From Acidimicrobiaceae bacterium (lineage in GTDB: Bacteria; Actinomycetota; Acidimicrobiia; Acidimicrobiales; Ilumatobacteraceae): 27,480 bases of DNA. The notes below the pieces were generated by a model. It saw only the letters and a list, made by a program, of their open reading frames with translations, did no database searches and was not told the DNA's origin. The DNA lies in NCBI GenBank assembly GCA_040383925.1, contig JBEICS010000001.1:1-27480 (forward strand), read 5' to 3'. Every line of letters begins with the position of its first letter. Position 1 is the stretch's first letter. Below, piece after piece: positions 25,961 through 27,480 of the stretch. The position numbers and the translations under genes are program-made.

Positions 25961-27283
25961 CTACCCGTGTTCGACGGCCCTGTGGGGGAGAGCGGTGCCT
26001 CCCGACGAGGTGAGGAGTGCCGCAACGAGCAGCAGCCACAGGAAGTGGTTCGGACTCACGAACGTCTCGAGCAGGTTGGCGGTCGCGCAGAACGCGATCA
26101 GGGCGACCGGGAACAGTTCGATCGCCGCCGAGCCGGCCAGCGCGCGCTTCACCGCGCGAACCATGCCGATCGCCACGGCAGCGATTCCGAGCAGCAGGGC
26201 CACCGGGCCGGCGCCGAGCAGCAGTTCCAGGTACCCGTTGTGTGCCTCGCGGATGACGGGGGCCAACACGGTGCCATCGCTCAGGGGCTCGCGGAATGCC
26301 GGGTCGTACCAGGCGGCATCGAATCCCCAACCGATCACCGGTCGTTCGCGTACCCGCTGCAGCACGACCGACCAGATGTCGTTGCGACCGTTGAGGCTGG
26401 TGTCGCGCCCGAGGCGGCCGCTGATCCACGAGGCCGACACGGCGACCACCGCCACGCCGGCGACGACCAGGCCGGCGACGAGCCCGGCCCGGGCACGGGG
26501 CGACGTGACCCAACGGCGCGCCGTTGCAACGGCGATGCAGACGATGACGGCTGCGGCGAGCGAGAACAGTGAGGTACGCGACTTCGAACCGATGAGCAGC
26601 ACGATCGCAACGGCGTCGACAGCAGCGACGGCCAGGACTGCTGCACTTCGTCCAACGGTCCATCGGTGCTTCCCGACCACCACGGGTGGGAGGACGAAGC
26701 AGCTGGCGAGCAGGCAGATCGCCGCGACCGGAGCGAGTGAGTTCCGGTTGAAGTAGAGGCCGACCCACAGCCCCCATTCATCTCGCGCCGTGGGCCAACC
26801 GCGCCAGAGCGCGAACCCGCTCCAGGCCACACCGATCCCCGTGGCGATGAACACCAGCACTGCCTGATCGGTGGGTGCGAAACGGCGGCTGAACCACAGG
26901 CCGCTTATCGCTGCTCCGGCGAGTCCTGCCGCTGCTCCGACAGTGATGGCAGGCGCGACGGACCACAGCGTCGATGCAGCGACGAGCAGGACGAGGGCGC
27001 CGATCAGCACCTCCACCAGGTCGACGCGTCGGGGCGGTGTGCCGAGTCGCCCGAGCGAGTAGCCCACGAGGACGTACAGCACGAGGAACGTCGTGACGAT
27101 CGCCGTCGGCGCGGCGAAGAGGTCGATGGCGTCCGGGTCACGCGCCCAGAGGGTGTACACCGGCCCCTGTGTGAGGGCCCAGAGCACCAGCACCGCCAGC
27201 ACCATTGGGGTCAGCGACCGCACGTCCCACCGGTGTGCGCCGGTGGTGCGGTCCGAACCGGTCCTGTTGCTGCTGTCGATCAT
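25961..27283 (-). CDS. O-antigen ligase/polymerase-like membrane protein (Wzy_C/WaaL family)
   Basis: Polytopic. WVGLYFNRNSLA, SKSRTSL, SLNGRNDIW...RPVIGWG, AHNGYLELLLGAG. ATG 27283 chosen as start, but the frame is open upstream to the window edge. Confidence 0.85.
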   Translation of the reverse strand: MIDSSNRTGSDRTTGAHRWDVRSLTPMVLAVLVLWALTQGPVYTLWARDPDAIDLFAAPTAIVTTFLVLYVLVGYSLGRLGTPPRRVDLVEVLIGALVLLVAASTLWSVAPAITVGAAAGLAGAAISGLWFSRRFAPTDQAVLVFIATGIGVAWSGFALWRGWPTARDEWGLWVGLYFNRNSLAPVAAICLLASCFVLPPVVVGKHRWTVGRSAAVLAVAAVDAVAIVLLIGSKSRTSLFSLAAAVIVCIAVATARRWVTSPRARAGLVAGLVVAGVAVVAVSASWISGRLGRDTSLNGRNDIWSVVLQRVRERPVIGWGFDAAWYDPAFREPLSDGTVLAPVIREAHNGYLELLLGAGPVALLLGIAAVAIGMVRAVKRALAGSAAIELFPVALIAFCATANLLETFVSPNHFLWLLLVAALLTSSGGTALPHRAVEHG

Positions 27284-27480
27284 CCGCCTCTGCCAGGTGT
27301 CGGTCGTTGGTGGGCGTGGCGACTCGGTGGTGGACACCCCAACAGTTCGGAAGCATAGATGCAGGTCACATTCGGCACAGGTCGTCCGGGTACCCTTCTC
27401 CACGTGTCGACGCCGCCTCCCGACGATCTCGTGGCACAACTCGTCGAGTTGAGCGAGCAGTTCGCCGCGCAGGACCAGGC

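Noticed and set aside
25961-27283. Specific call as LPS O-antigen ligase waaL
   Set aside because: No lipid A/core or outer-membrane export (wza) genes are visible and the host may be a monoderm; the family is clear but the reaction is not.

Overview
High-GC bacterial DNA (probably an actinomycete; inferred from GC content and TAnnnT leaderless-type promoter geometry). The window is almost entirely a Wzx/Wzy-type surface polysaccharide or glycan locus with two convergent arms. Plus arm (1-18332): GT2 tail, a Wzz/Wzc-like co-polymerase with no visible Walker A, an in-frame flippase-polymerase (Wzx-Wzy/WaaL) fusion, a membrane-anchored FN3-like + alpha/beta-hydrolase, a DUF362 + CapK-like pair, an NDP-sugar epimerase, and a tightly coupled, apparently lower-GC ten-gene cassette (SDR, SDR, split transketolase N/C, ACP, adenylation enzyme, LuxE-like, LuxC-like, NeuD/PglD-like acyltransferase, AcpS). 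Minus arm (18567-27480): WaaL/Wzy-like protein, PglF/CapD, nucleotide-sugar dehydrogenase, PglE-like aminotransferase, PglC-like phosphoglycosyl transferase and a PglA/CapM-like GT4, with an inverted ATP-grasp gene in the slot where pglD usually lies. The strongest candidate for a poorly described system is the self-contained ACP/LuxEC/transketolase cassette, which plausibly builds an unusual acyl group for an amino sugar. No rRNA, tRNA, CRISPR array or intact mobile element was seen. All family calls come from motifs read by eye, not from database searches.
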